Positions 9,970 through 20,197 of a stretch of DNA of 64,000 bases are shown piece by piece. Below the pieces are notes generated by a model that worked only from the letters and a program-made list of their open reading frames with translations, did not search any database and was not told where the DNA came from. Within the stretch, counting starts at the first letter, position 1; each line of letters begins with the position of its first letter. This stretch comes from an uncultured delta proteobacterium (GTDB lineage: Bacteria; Myxococcota; Myxococcia; Myxococcales; Anaeromyxobacteraceae), in NCBI GenBank assembly GCA_963845515.1, contig CAWJSR010000029.1:1-64000 (forward strand). The letters are read 5' to 3'. The translations under genes were made by a program, and so were the position numbers.

Positions 9970-11190
9970 TCAGTGTGACGAGCCACCCGGGGTCCGGAGG
10001 CTGCCGGTCAGGATCGGGACCGACACCTTGACGAGCACCGTGAGCACGAGCGCCCCGACCCCGAAGACGCCGACCGTGACCGCCCATTCGTTGAGGCTCG
10101 GGGCGTACTCGTAGATCTCGCCGAGCGCGTCCGGCGTCATCCCCGGGACGACGAGCCCCATCCCCTTCTCGATGAAGACGCCGAAGAAGATTAGCGCGCA
10201 GCCGAGGTTGAGCGTCAGGAAGCGCTCGCGTGTCTTCGGCAGCATGAAGAGGAAGAACGCGGCGACGTTGGCGGCGAGCGAGGCCCACGTCCAGGGGACG
10301 AGGGCGCGGTGCTCGCCGAGCCCGAACCAGAGGTAGCGCGTGTAGAGCAGGTGGTGGGTCCCCGAGTAGAACTCCTTGAAGACCTCGGCGCCGAGCAGGA
10401 AGAGGTTGATGAAGATGGCGTAGGCCATCAGCTCGGCGACCTTGAAGATGGCCTCGTCCTTGATCGGGATGTCGGCCCGCTTTCGGAGGATCTGGAAGAG
10501 GACGAGCATCACGGCCGGCCCGGAGCAGAAGGCGGAGGCCAGGAACCTGGGCGCCAGGATCGACGCGTTCCAGTACGGGCGCGCCGCCATCCCGTTGAAG
10601 AGGTAGGCCGTGACCGTGTGCGTGGAGACCGCGATCGGGATCGACGCGAGCACGAGCGGGATGAGGATCCGCTTCTCGACCTCCAGGCCGTTGTAGGAGC
10701 GGTAGAGGACGTAGAGGATCACCGCCACGTTCACGATCAGGTAGATGTTGAGGACCATCGCGTCCCACGCGAGCATCGCGGCGGGCCAGTTGGGCGTGCC
10801 GATGAACGGGAACATGTGGAGCACCCGCTCCGGCCGCCCCATGTCCACCGTGATGAAGAGGAGCGCCATCGTCAGGGCGGAGACGGCGAGCAGCTCGCCG
10901 AGCAGCACGACCTCCTTGAGCGGCTTCCAGTCGTAGACGTAGGCCGGGATGACGAGCATCACCGCCGCCGCCCCGACCCCCACGAGGAAGGCGAAGTTGC
11001 CGATGAAGAAGGCCCAGGAGACCTGGTCACGCATGTGGGTCGCGATGAGGCCGACGCGCGCCTGGTGCACGTAGGCGACGACGCCGATCATGATGGCGAC
11101 GCCGAGGAACGCCATCCAGGCGTAGTAGTCCCGGCCGCCACGCGCGACCTCGCGCCCGGCGCCCCGCAGGAAGTGGAGAAGGCCCTTCAT
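9970..11190 (-). CDS. NrfD/PsrC (DsrP-like) quinol-interacting membrane subunit
   Basis: Polytopic protein with MRDQVSWAFFIGNFAFLVGVGAAA, VDMGRPER, HTVTAYLF and RFLASAFCSGPA. Start MKGLLHF at 11190. Confidence 0.88.
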   Translation of the reverse strand: MKGLLHFLRGAGREVARGGRDYYAWMAFLGVAIMIGVVAYVHQARVGLIATHMRDQVSWAFFIGNFAFLVGVGAAAVMLVIPAYVYDWKPLKEVVLLGELLAVSALTMALLFITVDMGRPERVLHMFPFIGTPNWPAAMLAWDAMVLNIYLIVNVAVILYVLYRSYNGLEVEKRILIPLVLASIPIAVSTHTVTAYLFNGMAARPYWNASILAPRFLASAFCSGPAVMLVLFQILRKRADIPIKDEAIFKVAELMAYAIFINLFLLGAEVFKEFYSGTHHLLYTRYLWFGLGEHRALVPWTWASLAANVAAFFLFMLPKTRERFLTLNLGCALIFFGVFIEKGMGLVVPGMTPDALGEIYEYAPSLNEWAVTVGVFGVGALVLTVLVKVSVPILTGSLRTPGGSSH

Positions 11191-11204
11191 GCAGAGTCGC
11201 TCCC

Positions 11205-12125
11205 TCACGTCGCATAGAAGTAGAAGAACGTCGGCTCGGTCCCGATGTCCTCCTTCAGGACGAGGACGCGCTTCGTCTCGATCACCTTCCGGATCTCGCT
11301 CTCCGGGTCGAGGAGGTTGCCGAACTTGCGGGCGCCCACGGGGCACGCCTCGACGCAGGCGGTGTATCGCCCCTTGCGAGAGCGCTGGATGCAGAAGGTG
11401 CACTTGTCCACCACGCCTCGGGGGCGCGGGCGGTTGCCGAGGAAGTGCTGGTCGGGGTTGAGCTCCGCCGCGGGGAGGGTCCCCTCCCCCCAGTTGAAGT
11501 GGCGCGCGCCGTAAGGGCAGGCCGCCATGCAGGCCCTGCAGCCGATGCACCAGTCGTAGTCGACGACGACGATCCCGTCCGGTTCCTTCCAGGTCGCCTG
11601 CGTCGGGCAGGCCTTGACGCACGGGGGCTTGCGGCACTGCTGGCACTGGACGGGCATGTAGAACTTGCCGGGGCGCGGCACAGCGTCCACGTCGTAGTAG
11701 ACCTCGGCGTGGGTGAGGTCCACGCCGCGCTCCTTGTCCATCTCCAGCACGCGGATCCAGTGGATCTGGGGCTTCGCGCGCGAGGTGTTGTTCTCGGTCA
11801 CGCAGGCGTACACGCACCGCCTGCAGCCGACGCAGCGGGAGAGATCGAGCCCGTAGCCGAACTCGACGCCCGGGATCGGCGGCGCGGCGTCCACCTGCGT
11901 CTCCCGGCCGAAGCGCTTCCTGTTCTTCTCCTTCACCCGCTCCAGGAGGCGCGCGATCTCCTCCTTCGAGAGCTCCCTGAAGTGCTTGCGAAGCTGCGGG
12001 TCGAAGTCGCAGCCGCCGAGCGACGCAGCGGCCGCCCCGACCGCGGCGGCACGCAGGAAGGCTCGCCGCCCGGCGTCGGCGGCCTCGGAGTCCTGGAGGA
12101 TCCGGAGCCCCTTGCGCGCGCTCAT
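11205..12125 (-). CDS. Tat-exported 4Fe-4S dicluster protein (NrfC/DsrO-like)
   Basis: GRRAFLR Tat motif; CVGCRRCVYAC, CQQCRKPPCVKACP, CIGCRACMAACP, KCTFC. Confidence 0.9.
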   Translation of the reverse strand: MSARKGLRILQDSEAADAGRRAFLRAAAVGAAAASLGGCDFDPQLRKHFRELSKEEIARLLERVKEKNRKRFGRETQVDAAPPIPGVEFGYGLDLSRCVGCRRCVYACVTENNTSRAKPQIHWIRVLEMDKERGVDLTHAEVYYDVDAVPRPGKFYMPVQCQQCRKPPCVKACPTQATWKEPDGIVVVDYDWCIGCRACMAACPYGARHFNWGEGTLPAAELNPDQHFLGNRPRPRGVVDKCTFCIQRSRKGRYTACVEACPVGARKFGNLLDPESEIRKVIETKRVLVLKEDIGTEPTFFYFYAT

Positions 12126-12730
12126 CGCCGATCCTCCTCGGGCCGGAGCGGCCGCGGCTCTGGCTTCAGCAGCCTCAGCGTCGGGGCGGTCGGCGCGGTC
12201 CAGGTCCCCGCTCCGCCCGCCACCCCGATCTGCCGCACCCCCTTGAAGGCGGGGGTGTGCGGGTTGTGACAGTTCACGCACAGGAAATAGACCTTCTGGC
12301 CGTCCCAGCGCCCGATCCGCTTGCCGTGGACGCCTAGACGCCAGTCGCGGAACTTGTCGCCGTGGCACTGACCGCAGAGCCTGTAGGACTCGGTGAAGGG
12401 GACGGTGTCGCCGCTGGCGAGCCGAAGCACGTCCCGGTTCTGGAGGTCGTGGCAGTCCAGGCACCAGCGATGCTCGGAGTCGTGATCGAAGACAGCCGCG
12501 GGCTCGCCCGCCTCCGCGTCGGAGTGGAAGCCGAGGTCGCGTCGGGTCCGATCCGGGGGAGAGACCTTCGGGTCGTGGCACTGCGAGCACGGGAAGATCC
12601 CCTCCGTGAACGGCGGCGGCTGGGCCTGGAGATCCGGCACCGCCGGCGCCTGCCTGGCCGCCTTCGCCGCTGGCCTCGCTTCGCCCGCCCCTGCCGCCGC
12701 CATCGTCAGCGACGCGACCAACGCGAGCAT
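12122..12730 (-). CDS. Periplasmic tetraheme c-type cytochrome
   Basis: Signal peptide and four CxxCH motifs (CSQCH, CLDCH, CGQCH, CVNCH). GGAGG precedes the ATG. Confidence 0.88.
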   Translation of the reverse strand: MLALVASLTMAAAGAGEARPAAKAARQAPAVPDLQAQPPPFTEGIFPCSQCHDPKVSPPDRTRRDLGFHSDAEAGEPAAVFDHDSEHRWCLDCHDLQNRDVLRLASGDTVPFTESYRLCGQCHGDKFRDWRLGVHGKRIGRWDGQKVYFLCVNCHNPHTPAFKGVRQIGVAGGAGTWTAPTAPTLRLLKPEPRPLRPEEDRR

Positions 12731-12869
12731 TCCCATACCCTCCACGCGACACCTCCCAGGAACACGCCTCACGAACCACCCGAATTCACGCCGGCTCAGA
12801 GTGCCCCATCCCCTTCCACCGGGGGACGGACATCTGCGACGACACCCCGTTTGATACGCAAACGGCCGC

Positions 12870-13727
12870 TCAGAGCGGCAGCGCGGGGAGCACGAAGAAG
12901 ACCCTCTCGGCGATCAGCCCCAGCAGGATCGAGAGTGACACGGCGGCGACGACGCGCGCATCCATCTTGGCCCGCGCCGTGAGGAGCGCCAGGAACGGGA
13001 CGCCGAAGCAAGCCGCCGGGAAGATCGCGGCCAGGGCGCGCGTCGGCTGCGCGGCCAGCCGCGTCGCGATGAAGCCGACCTCCTCTGGGAGGTTGCCGTA
13101 CCAGATCAGCATGAACTGGGCGAAGAAGAGCCCACCCCAGAGGACGCTGAAGCCGAAGAGCAGCCGCCCCAGATCGCGCCGGGCGGCCTCCCACCGCTCG
13201 GGGTCGCCCTCCCGGCGGCGGCGGTCGAGCAGGAGCGCCAGGAGCCCGGCCAGCGCTAGACCGGCGAAGGTCGCCTCCACGGCGAAGTACATGCCGAGCA
13301 TGCTGCTGACCCAGGGATAGGAGAGCGACATGACCCAGTCGAAGGCGACCAGGGTCTGGCTGGCGGAGTAGAGCAGGAGGTAGATCACGGCCGCCCGCGC
13401 ACTCTCCGGGTGACCGCGCAGCGTCCTGCGCGCGAGGAGCTGGCCTGCGCCGGCCGTGGCGAGGAGCAGCGCGAGGTTCCGCGCCATGAAGAACGGCTTG
13501 TTCAGCCAGGCGCCGGGGGCCGCAGCCCACGGGTAATGGTCCAGCACGGGCCAGAGCGCCAGGAAGAGCAACGCGAGGACCGGGAGCAGCCTCGTCGCGA
13601 CCAGCAGCTCACGCTTCATGGAGCCCGCCCAGCGGGCGCCAGTCAGGTCGGTGACCGCCACGACGGCGACGCTCCCCTGCGTCAGCGCTGCAAGGAAGGC
13701 CAGCGTGACCACGAGCGCTGCGATCAT
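12870..13727 (-). CDS. actF: Alternative complex III ActF-like membrane subunit (short form)
   Basis: WLNKPFFMAR, AFDWVMSLSYPWVSSM, QFMLIWYGNLPEE; position in the act operon. Confidence 0.8.
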   Translation of the reverse strand: MIAALVVTLAFLAALTQGSVAVVAVTDLTGARWAGSMKRELLVATRLLPVLALLFLALWPVLDHYPWAAAPGAWLNKPFFMARNLALLLATAGAGQLLARRTLRGHPESARAAVIYLLLYSASQTLVAFDWVMSLSYPWVSSMLGMYFAVEATFAGLALAGLLALLLDRRRREGDPERWEAARRDLGRLLFGFSVLWGGLFFAQFMLIWYGNLPEEVGFIATRLAAQPTRALAAIFPAACFGVPFLALLTARAKMDARVVAAVSLSILLGLIAERVFFVLPALPL

Positions 13728-14158
13728 CGCCCCTCCTCCACGCCGACGAGGATCACGAACTGGTCGGAGAACTCGGCGTCCTCCTCCAGCCCCCGCGGGC
13801 TCGGCATCCTGGCCATGAGCAGGAAGCCGGCGAACGCGCCGAGCGACCCGAGGAGGATGGTGAGCAGGTAGCCGATCAGCAGGAACGGAGGGAGCGAGAC
13901 GATCGGCTTCCCTCCCACGATGATCGGCCAGCTGACCACCGAGTACACGGTGAGGGCCAGCCCGCCCCCGAACCCGGCGAGGGCGCCGGCGAGCGAGAAG
14001 AACCGAACGCGGTCTGGTCCGTGGCCGAGGAGCTCGTCGACCTCGGGGACCTCGTAGGGGGTGAAGACCCGGATGGCCGAGGGAGCAGTCCCCTCCGCGA
14101 TCAGCGCGCGAAGCCGCTCCAGGAACTCCTCTCGCCCGTCGAAGCTGAGGCGCGTCAT
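13724..14158 (-). CDS. actD: ActD (DUF3341) subunit
   Basis: FTPYEVPEVDELLG...WPIIVGGKP with two TM segments; ATGA-coupled to its neighbours. Confidence 0.85.
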   Translation of the reverse strand: MTRLSFDGREEFLERLRALIAEGTAPSAIRVFTPYEVPEVDELLGHGPDRVRFFSLAGALAGFGGGLALTVYSVVSWPIIVGGKPIVSLPPFLLIGYLLTILLGSLGAFAGFLLMARMPSPRGLEEDAEFSDQFVILVGVEEGR

Positions 14159-15487
14159 GGGACGTCCTCCCGGCGCTCGGCGAGCCGCCCCGCGAGCCCT
14201 TGCTTCATCTCGGTCATGGCGACGACCGGAAGCAGCCGCGAGAAGAGGAGGAAGAGCAGGAAGAAGAACCCGAAGGAGCCGGCGGTGATCCCCAGCTCGG
14301 TGAAGGAGAGCGTGTAGGTCCCCCACGCGTATGGATCGTAGTCGTGGGAGAGGGCGGCGACGATGATGACGAACCGCTCGATCCACATCCCGACGTTGAC
14401 CAGGATCCCGAGCGTGAAGAGCCAGGGGAGGCTGCGCCGCCACCTCCGCACGAAGAGGGTCAGCGGCAGGATGGAGTTGCAGGTCGACCATGATGCCGAA
14501 CAGCACCCGGTAGTCCCCGGTCGCGCGATAGGCATACTGGTCGTGCTCGAACACGTTGTGGCCGTACAGCGCGAGCCCGTGCTCCACGATGTAGGTGTAC
14601 GAGACGATCAGCGAGGTGAAGAGCAGGATCTTCGCGATCCCCTCGAAGTGATCGACCGTGATCCACTGGCCGAGCCCGAGCGAGCGGCGCATCGGGATGG
14701 TCAGCGTCAGGACCATCGCGGTGCCGGAGAGGATCGCCCCGGCGACGAAGTACGGGGCGAAGATGGTCGTGTGCCAGCCCGGGACGATGCTGACGGCGAA
14801 GTCCCAGGAGACGATTGAGTGGACCGACGCCACCAGCGGCGTCGCGAAGGCGGCGAGGATCAGGTAGAGCCGCGCGTAGTGTCGCCACTGGTCCGAGGTC
14901 CCCTGCCAGCCCAGCGAGAGCAGGCCGTAGACCCGCCCCCGCAGCCCTGGCAGGTGGCGGCGGGCGATGGCCAGGTCGGGGATCATCCCGACGTAGAAGA
15001 AGACGAGGCTCACGATCAGGTAGGTCGTGATGGCGAAGACGTCCCAGGGGAGCGGCGACCGGAAGTTGGGCCAGATGAGCCGCTCGCTCGGGTAAGGGAG
15101 GAGGAAGTAGAAGACCCAGACCCGCCCGAGGTGGATGAGCGGGAAGAGCGACGCCACCAGCAGCGCGATCACGGTCATCGCCTCGGCGCTGCGGTTGAAG
15201 CTGGTCCGGAAGCGCGCGCGGAAGAGGAACAGGACCGCGGAGATGAGCGTGCCGGAGTGGGCGATCCCGACCCAGAAGACGAAGTTGGTGATGAGCATCG
15301 CCCAGCCGACAGGGTTGTTCTTCCCCGTCATGCCGATGCCGCGCCAGATCATGTTGCCCCAGAGGGCGAAGAGCATCAGCGCGAGCAGCGCGCAGACGCC
15401 CACGCCGGCCAGGTAGCGCCAGCCAGGCCTGCGGAGCGCCGCCAGGACGTCCGCTTCGAGCGCCGGTCCGGGTCGCGGTTCGGCCAT
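14155..15487 (-). CDS. actC: ActC (NrfD family) subunit; apparent +1 frameshift near 14485
   Basis: ITNFVFWVGIAHSGTLISA, NRSAEAMT, WPNFRSPL.WD, SVHSIVSWDFA...PGWHTTIFAPYFVAGA. The C-terminus (NVGMWIERFVII) is in ORF 14155..14535. Confidence 0.9.
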
Positions 15488-15490
15488 GGC

Positions 15491-18269
15491 TCAACCCTCC
15501 CGCTCGCCGGCGCGCCCGCGCAGGTAGTGGACGGACGGCTCGGTCCCCAGCTCCTCGAAGACTCGCCAGCCGCCCTTCGCGGCCGCGAGCGCCACCACCC
15601 GGGAGCCGGGGTCGTTCATGTCACCGAAGACGATCGCGGCGGTCGGGCAGCTCTGCTCGCACGCGGTCACGACGTCGCCGTCGCGGACCGTGCGCCCCTC
15701 GTCCTTCGCGAGGTCCTTGGCGGCACGGATCCGCTGGATGCAGAAGGTGCACTTCTCCATCATCCCCTTGGTCCGGACCGAGAGGTCGGGGTTGCGCAGC
15801 TTGTCCAGCGGCGCCTCCGCGTCGTGCTTCCACCAGTTGAACCGGCGGACCTTGTAGGGGCAGTTGTGGGAGCAGTACCGGGTCCCGATGCAGCGGTTGT
15901 AGACCTGGACGTTGAGCCCCTCCGGGTTGTGATAGGCCGCGTAGACGGGGCACACCGGCTCGCACGGAGCGTAGTCGCAGTGCTGGCAGAGCATCGGCAG
16001 GAACTCGACCTCTCCCGCCTCGTCGTAGAACGGCTCGATCCTCAGCCACGACATCTCCCGACCTCGGAGGTGATCCACGGCGCTCGTGACCGGGACGTTG
16101 TTCTCGACGTAGCAGGCCGTGACGCACGCCCCGCAGCCGACGCACCGGTCGACGTCGATGGCCATCCCCCAGCGGTGCTCGGGGTGAGCGTGCGCGGGGT
16201 AGAGGCTGACGCGCTCGGGCTTCTCGCGGCGGTGCTTCGGATCGGGGATGAGCCCCCGCCCGTGCTGCGACGGAGAGCCCGAGAGGAAGGGCATGCTCCC
16301 CTTCCGTCCGGTCCGCTCGGCCACGACCCCGGCCAGCGAGCAGATCGCCTCCCCGCTGCGGGGGTCGGCATGACCCGGGAACGACCCCAGGACGTCCCGC
16401 TGCACGGCGTAGACCCCGGCGGCGAGGCCCGGCTGCAACCTTGCGGGCAGCTCCGTCGACCAGGTGCCGACCGTGAGCCGGAGCTCGTCGCCATCGGAGA
16501 TCCGTAGCCGCTCCGCGTCGGCTGGCGAGACCGAGACCCAGGGGCCGTACGTGACCGTGGTCAGTGGATCCGGGAGCTCGTCGAGGAGCTGAAGCGGACG
16601 GCTCCGGCCGTCGAAGCGGCGGATCGACGGGCCGATCACCAGCACCGGCAGCGAGGAAGGCGGCGCCAGCTTCACGTCGCGCAGGAACGCCAACGCCCCC
16701 TTCTCGTCCAGCGCGACCGGCGCCCCAGGCGGCACCGGCTCCTCGAGGACGCCGCGATCCTTGAAGGCGGTCAGCGTCGCGTCGTCGTACCGGGCGCGCC
16801 ACGCGGCGAACAGGTGCTCCTGCCAGGAGGGCGCGACCACGTCGCCGCGGCGCCTCCGCAGGTCGAGCAGCAGGTCCCCCTCGCTCCGCGTGTCGCCCAG
16901 CGGGCGGATCGCAGGGCGGAGCAGGCCGCGAACCCCTCTGCGCGGCTCGACCTCCCCCCAGCCCTCCAGCGAATGCGACACCGGGAGGACGAGATCCATC
17001 TCCCCGAGCGTCTCGTCCATGATGTCGCCCAGGCCGACGCGCAGCGACGCCCGCGGAGAGGCTTCGGCGGAGCCCCCAGGCGGCGGGTGCGTGGAGGACC
17101 GGGTTCGCGCGCGCGACGAAGAGGACGCCGATCTCGGCGCCCTCCAGCCGGCCCGCCAGCCGCCGGAGGTCGAGCAGCGAGCCGACGCCCCCGTAGTTCT
17201 CCCCGCGGGCGAGGTCGACCGTCGTCCCTACCGCACCCAGCGTCCACTGGAGCAGCGCCGCGAGCCCCGCGGTGGCGAGCCCGCCCTCCCCTGCGGTGCC
17301 GAGTCCGCCGGCGAGCACGAGCGGCCCCTGCGCCCGCTCCAGCGCTGCCGCGAGCTGCTCCAGCCGCTCCGCGGGGAGCCCCGTCGCGGCGGCGGCCTCC
17401 TCGCCGCTGACGGCAGGGAGCGCACGCGCGACGGAAGGCGAGAGCTTCCGGGCTCCGCGCCCCGGCAGCCGGCGGAGCAGCCACGCCAGGAGCCAGGGCT
17501 CGCTCCCCGGCCTGAGCCGAAGCCGGACGTCCGCGTTCGCCCCCGTGAGCGAATGGTTCGCCTCGCAGTGCCACCAGCCGCCGGGCCTGTCCGAGAGCTG
17601 CCGCGCGAAGCCGACCGGGTTGACGAAGGTCTCGATAAGGTCGGCGCCGACGCTAAGGAGCGCGTCGGGCCGGCCGACGTCGAAGTGCGCCAGCTCCGCC
17701 CTTCCGAAGAGCAGCGAGTTTGCGCTGCGGAGTGCGGCGTGGCCGAAGGGCTCGAGCTCGGGCAAGCGCTCGATGGCGAGCGCAGCGCTCGCCTCCGCGA
17801 TAAGCGCCGACAACGACCCGGTGGTCCGGCCGGAGAGCCAGGCGCTCCGCCGGCCGTCCACCCGCGCCCGGGCCAGCGCCGCGGCGATCAGCTCCTCGGA
17901 GTCGTCCCAGGAGATCGGCCTGAACGCGCCGCCCTCGCGCAGCATCGGCGTCCGCAAGCGCTTCGGATGGTAGAGCCGCCAGAGGCTGGCCTGCCCCCTC
18001 GCGCAGAGTCCGCCGCCGCTGACGGGGTGGTCCGCCACTCCTTCGGCCTTGACCGGACGACCTTCCCGCAGGCGGACCTGCATCCCGCAGCCGGCCGGGC
18101 ACTCGGTGCAGGTCGTGAAGATCCAGGTCGACTGGCCCGGGATCACGCCGTCGTCGGGCGGGATCAGCGCAGATATGAGCGGGCTGCGCCCCTTGTCGGA
18201 GCTGCAGGCGGAGAGGGCCGTGCTCCCCGTGAGGAGCCCGAGCACGTTGAGGAAGGAGCGGCGGTCCAT
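15491..18269 (-). CDS. actB: ActB: molybdopterin-oxidoreductase-like domain fused to an Fe-S domain; apparent frameshift near 17050-17070
   Basis: MDRRSFL Tat/lipoprotein signal and CTECPAGC...GLCARGQA. C-terminal part has CVGCGACVTACYVENN, REMSWLRI, CQHCDYAPCEPVCP, RCIGTRYCSHNCPYKVRRFNW and MEKCTFC. Confidence 0.9.
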
Positions 18270-18316
18270 GATGGCTCAGTCCCAGTCGGAGAGTGGCGTC
18301 CTGGCGAGAGTTTGCG

Positions 18317-18850
18317 TCATATGTGGCAGGTGGCGCAGTCGGTCGGCGCCCCGCGCGTCCGGTGGCACTCCACGCACCAGCCCATGGTGAGCGGCCTCAC
18401 GCGCTTCACCCGGGCCATCGTGGCGACGCCGCCGTGGCACGCAGCGCAGTCGACGCCGGCCTTCACGTGACGCTCGTGGGTGAAGTGCACGAAGCTCGGG
18501 AGGGCGTGCACCCGCCTCCAGACCACCGCCTCCTTGCGCTCGACGTGCCCCCTGAGCTTCTGCACCTCCGGGCGGTCGAGCCCGACCGTCTCGTGGCAGG
18601 TCATGCAGGTGGCGAGCGGCGGGACGGTCGCGCTCGGGGAGCGGTCCGCGAAGGCGTGACAGAACGTGCACTCCATGGCCAGCCGTCCTGCGTGAACCGT
18701 GTGTGGAAACGCGATGGGCTGGGACGGTGAGATTGGGTCGTGCTGCCGGTACGCCGCGAGACCAGCCAGCGCCAGGAGGACGAGCGCGAAGTAGCCGGCC
18801 AGGGCGAGCCTGGCGAGCAGCCTCACCGCCGCGCTCTCCCCGAGCTTCAT
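18317..18850 (-). CDS. actA: ActA pentaheme cytochrome c
   Basis: N-terminal TM, QPIAFPHTVHA, five CxxCH motifs, LTMGWCVECH. Confidence 0.92.
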   Translation of the reverse strand: MKLGESAAVRLLARLALAGYFALVLLALAGLAAYRQHDPISPSQPIAFPHTVHAGRLAMECTFCHAFADRSPSATVPPLATCMTCHETVGLDRPEVQKLRGHVERKEAVVWRRVHALPSFVHFTHERHVKAGVDCAACHGGVATMARVKRVRPLTMGWCVECHRTRGAPTDCATCHI

Positions 18851-20061
18851 GGCTTCGCCTGGTCCAGGACGTAGGCCGTCACGGCGTCGAGCTCGACCTC
18901 GTTGACCGCCGGCTTCGGCATGGCCGGGTACTTCGGATCCTTCTTCACCGGGTTGCGGATGAAGGCCTTGAGCGCGCCCGGGTCCTTCCGGTACTTGGGC
19001 ACGACGCTGTCGAGCGGCGGACCGACGAGCTTCGAGTCGAATCGGTGGCAGACGTGGCAGACCCGATCGAACACGGCCTTGCCGGCGGCGAGCTTGCCCG
19101 CAGGGGCGGCGGCGACCTCGATCGGCGCGGCCGGTGCTGGGACGGGGGTGACCCCCACCAGGGTCGCCGCGTCGAGCGCGTTAGCGCGCGCGAGGTGATC
19201 CGAAGCGGCCAGGACGCCGAACAGCACGAGCACCGCCGGGAGCAGGCTGCGCGTGCGCAACGTCCGCGCGCCGCTCGGCACCCCGGCGACGAACCATGCG
19301 GTGAGGCCGGCCACCGCGAGGCCGCCGGCGCCGAGGAGCCAGATCTCCGCCGAGAGGGCGATCCCAGGCAGGTTGAAGTGCGTGAAGAGGAGCGCGGGGG
19401 GCCAGGCGAGGAGGAAGATCAGCGCCATGCCGCGTCCGAAGCGGTGCAGGAAGACGGCCTCGTCCTTCGCCTCGAGCCGATTGCCCAGGATCATGATGGC
19501 GACCCCCGTGATGGAGAGGGAGAGACAGGTGAACTCGAGGAAGCGTCCGGTTCCGCTCCAGGTCAGGAGGAGCCGATGAGGCGGCGCGGCCGTCGGCCAC
19601 GCCTCTGGCGCGAGGGCCGCGCCGGCGCCGCAGCTGAGGAGGAAGCACGAGGAGAGGACGAGGCCGACCCCGACCAGCCCGACCGGCGGGCGCAGCGCCG
19701 CCCACCGCCCGCTCTCCAGCAAGCTGGCGAACAGCCCGAGCACGGCGAGGCCGGCGAGGAGCGGGAAGAGCATGCCAGCCCAATAGGCACCGCTCTGCGC
19801 GAGCTGCGGGTGGGCGGCCCGGACGCCGACGAGGGTCAGCGTGGTCGTGACCTCGAGCCCAGCCACGGTGATGAGGACCGGGCCCGTCAGGCCGGCGACC
19901 GCGGCGGCGAGCCGCCGGTACCGCTCGCCGCCCAGACCGTCCAGCGCCACGGCCACGGTCGCGGTGCCGGCGACCAGCCCGGCCCAGGCCAGGTGAAGGA
20001 TCAGCAGCGCTACCGACCCGGCGCCAAGCAGCGGCAGCCCCATGGTCCCGACACCCGCCAT
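18847..20061 (-). CDS. Polytopic membrane protein with a C-terminal monoheme cytochrome c domain
   Basis: About 9 hydrophobic segments, then CHVCH...VGPPL...PAMP. First gene of the act operon, with GAGAGGAG before the ATG. Confidence 0.8.
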   Translation of the reverse strand: MAGVGTMGLPLLGAGSVALLILHLAWAGLVAGTATVAVALDGLGGERYRRLAAAVAGLTGPVLITVAGLEVTTTLTLVGVRAAHPQLAQSGAYWAGMLFPLLAGLAVLGLFASLLESGRWAALRPPVGLVGVGLVLSSCFLLSCGAGAALAPEAWPTAAPPHRLLLTWSGTGRFLEFTCLSLSITGVAIMILGNRLEAKDEAVFLHRFGRGMALIFLLAWPPALLFTHFNLPGIALSAEIWLLGAGGLAVAGLTAWFVAGVPSGARTLRTRSLLPAVLVLFGVLAASDHLARANALDAATLVGVTPVPAPAAPIEVAAAPAGKLAAGKAVFDRVCHVCHRFDSKLVGPPLDSVVPKYRKDPGALKAFIRNPVKKDPKYPAMPKPAVNEVELDAVTAYVLDQAKP

Positions 20062-20197
20062 GCTCCTCTCCGATCCGAGCCACGCGCTCGCCACAAAACT
20101 CTGGCACGTAGCTTCACGAATCGGCAAGCGCACGGACGGGGCCGTTCGCTCTTGTGGGGCGTGGGGGAGGCGTGGGGCTCAGCGGGCAGGCCTGCGG

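Noticed and set aside
8351..10768. 805-aa ORF in the track
   Set aside because: Chimera of a shadow frame, the frameshifted half of the DUF1624 gene and read-through into the island.
13724..15487. Apparent ActC-ActD fusion (587 aa)
   Set aside because: Caused by the +1 frameshift near 14485. The true ActC end is in another frame and actD has its own ATG at 14158.
20101..20120. TGGCACG sigma54-like or TTCACGAA Rex-like half-site upstream of the act operon
   Set aside because: Wrong strand and no GC at -12 for sigma54; only a half-site for Rex.
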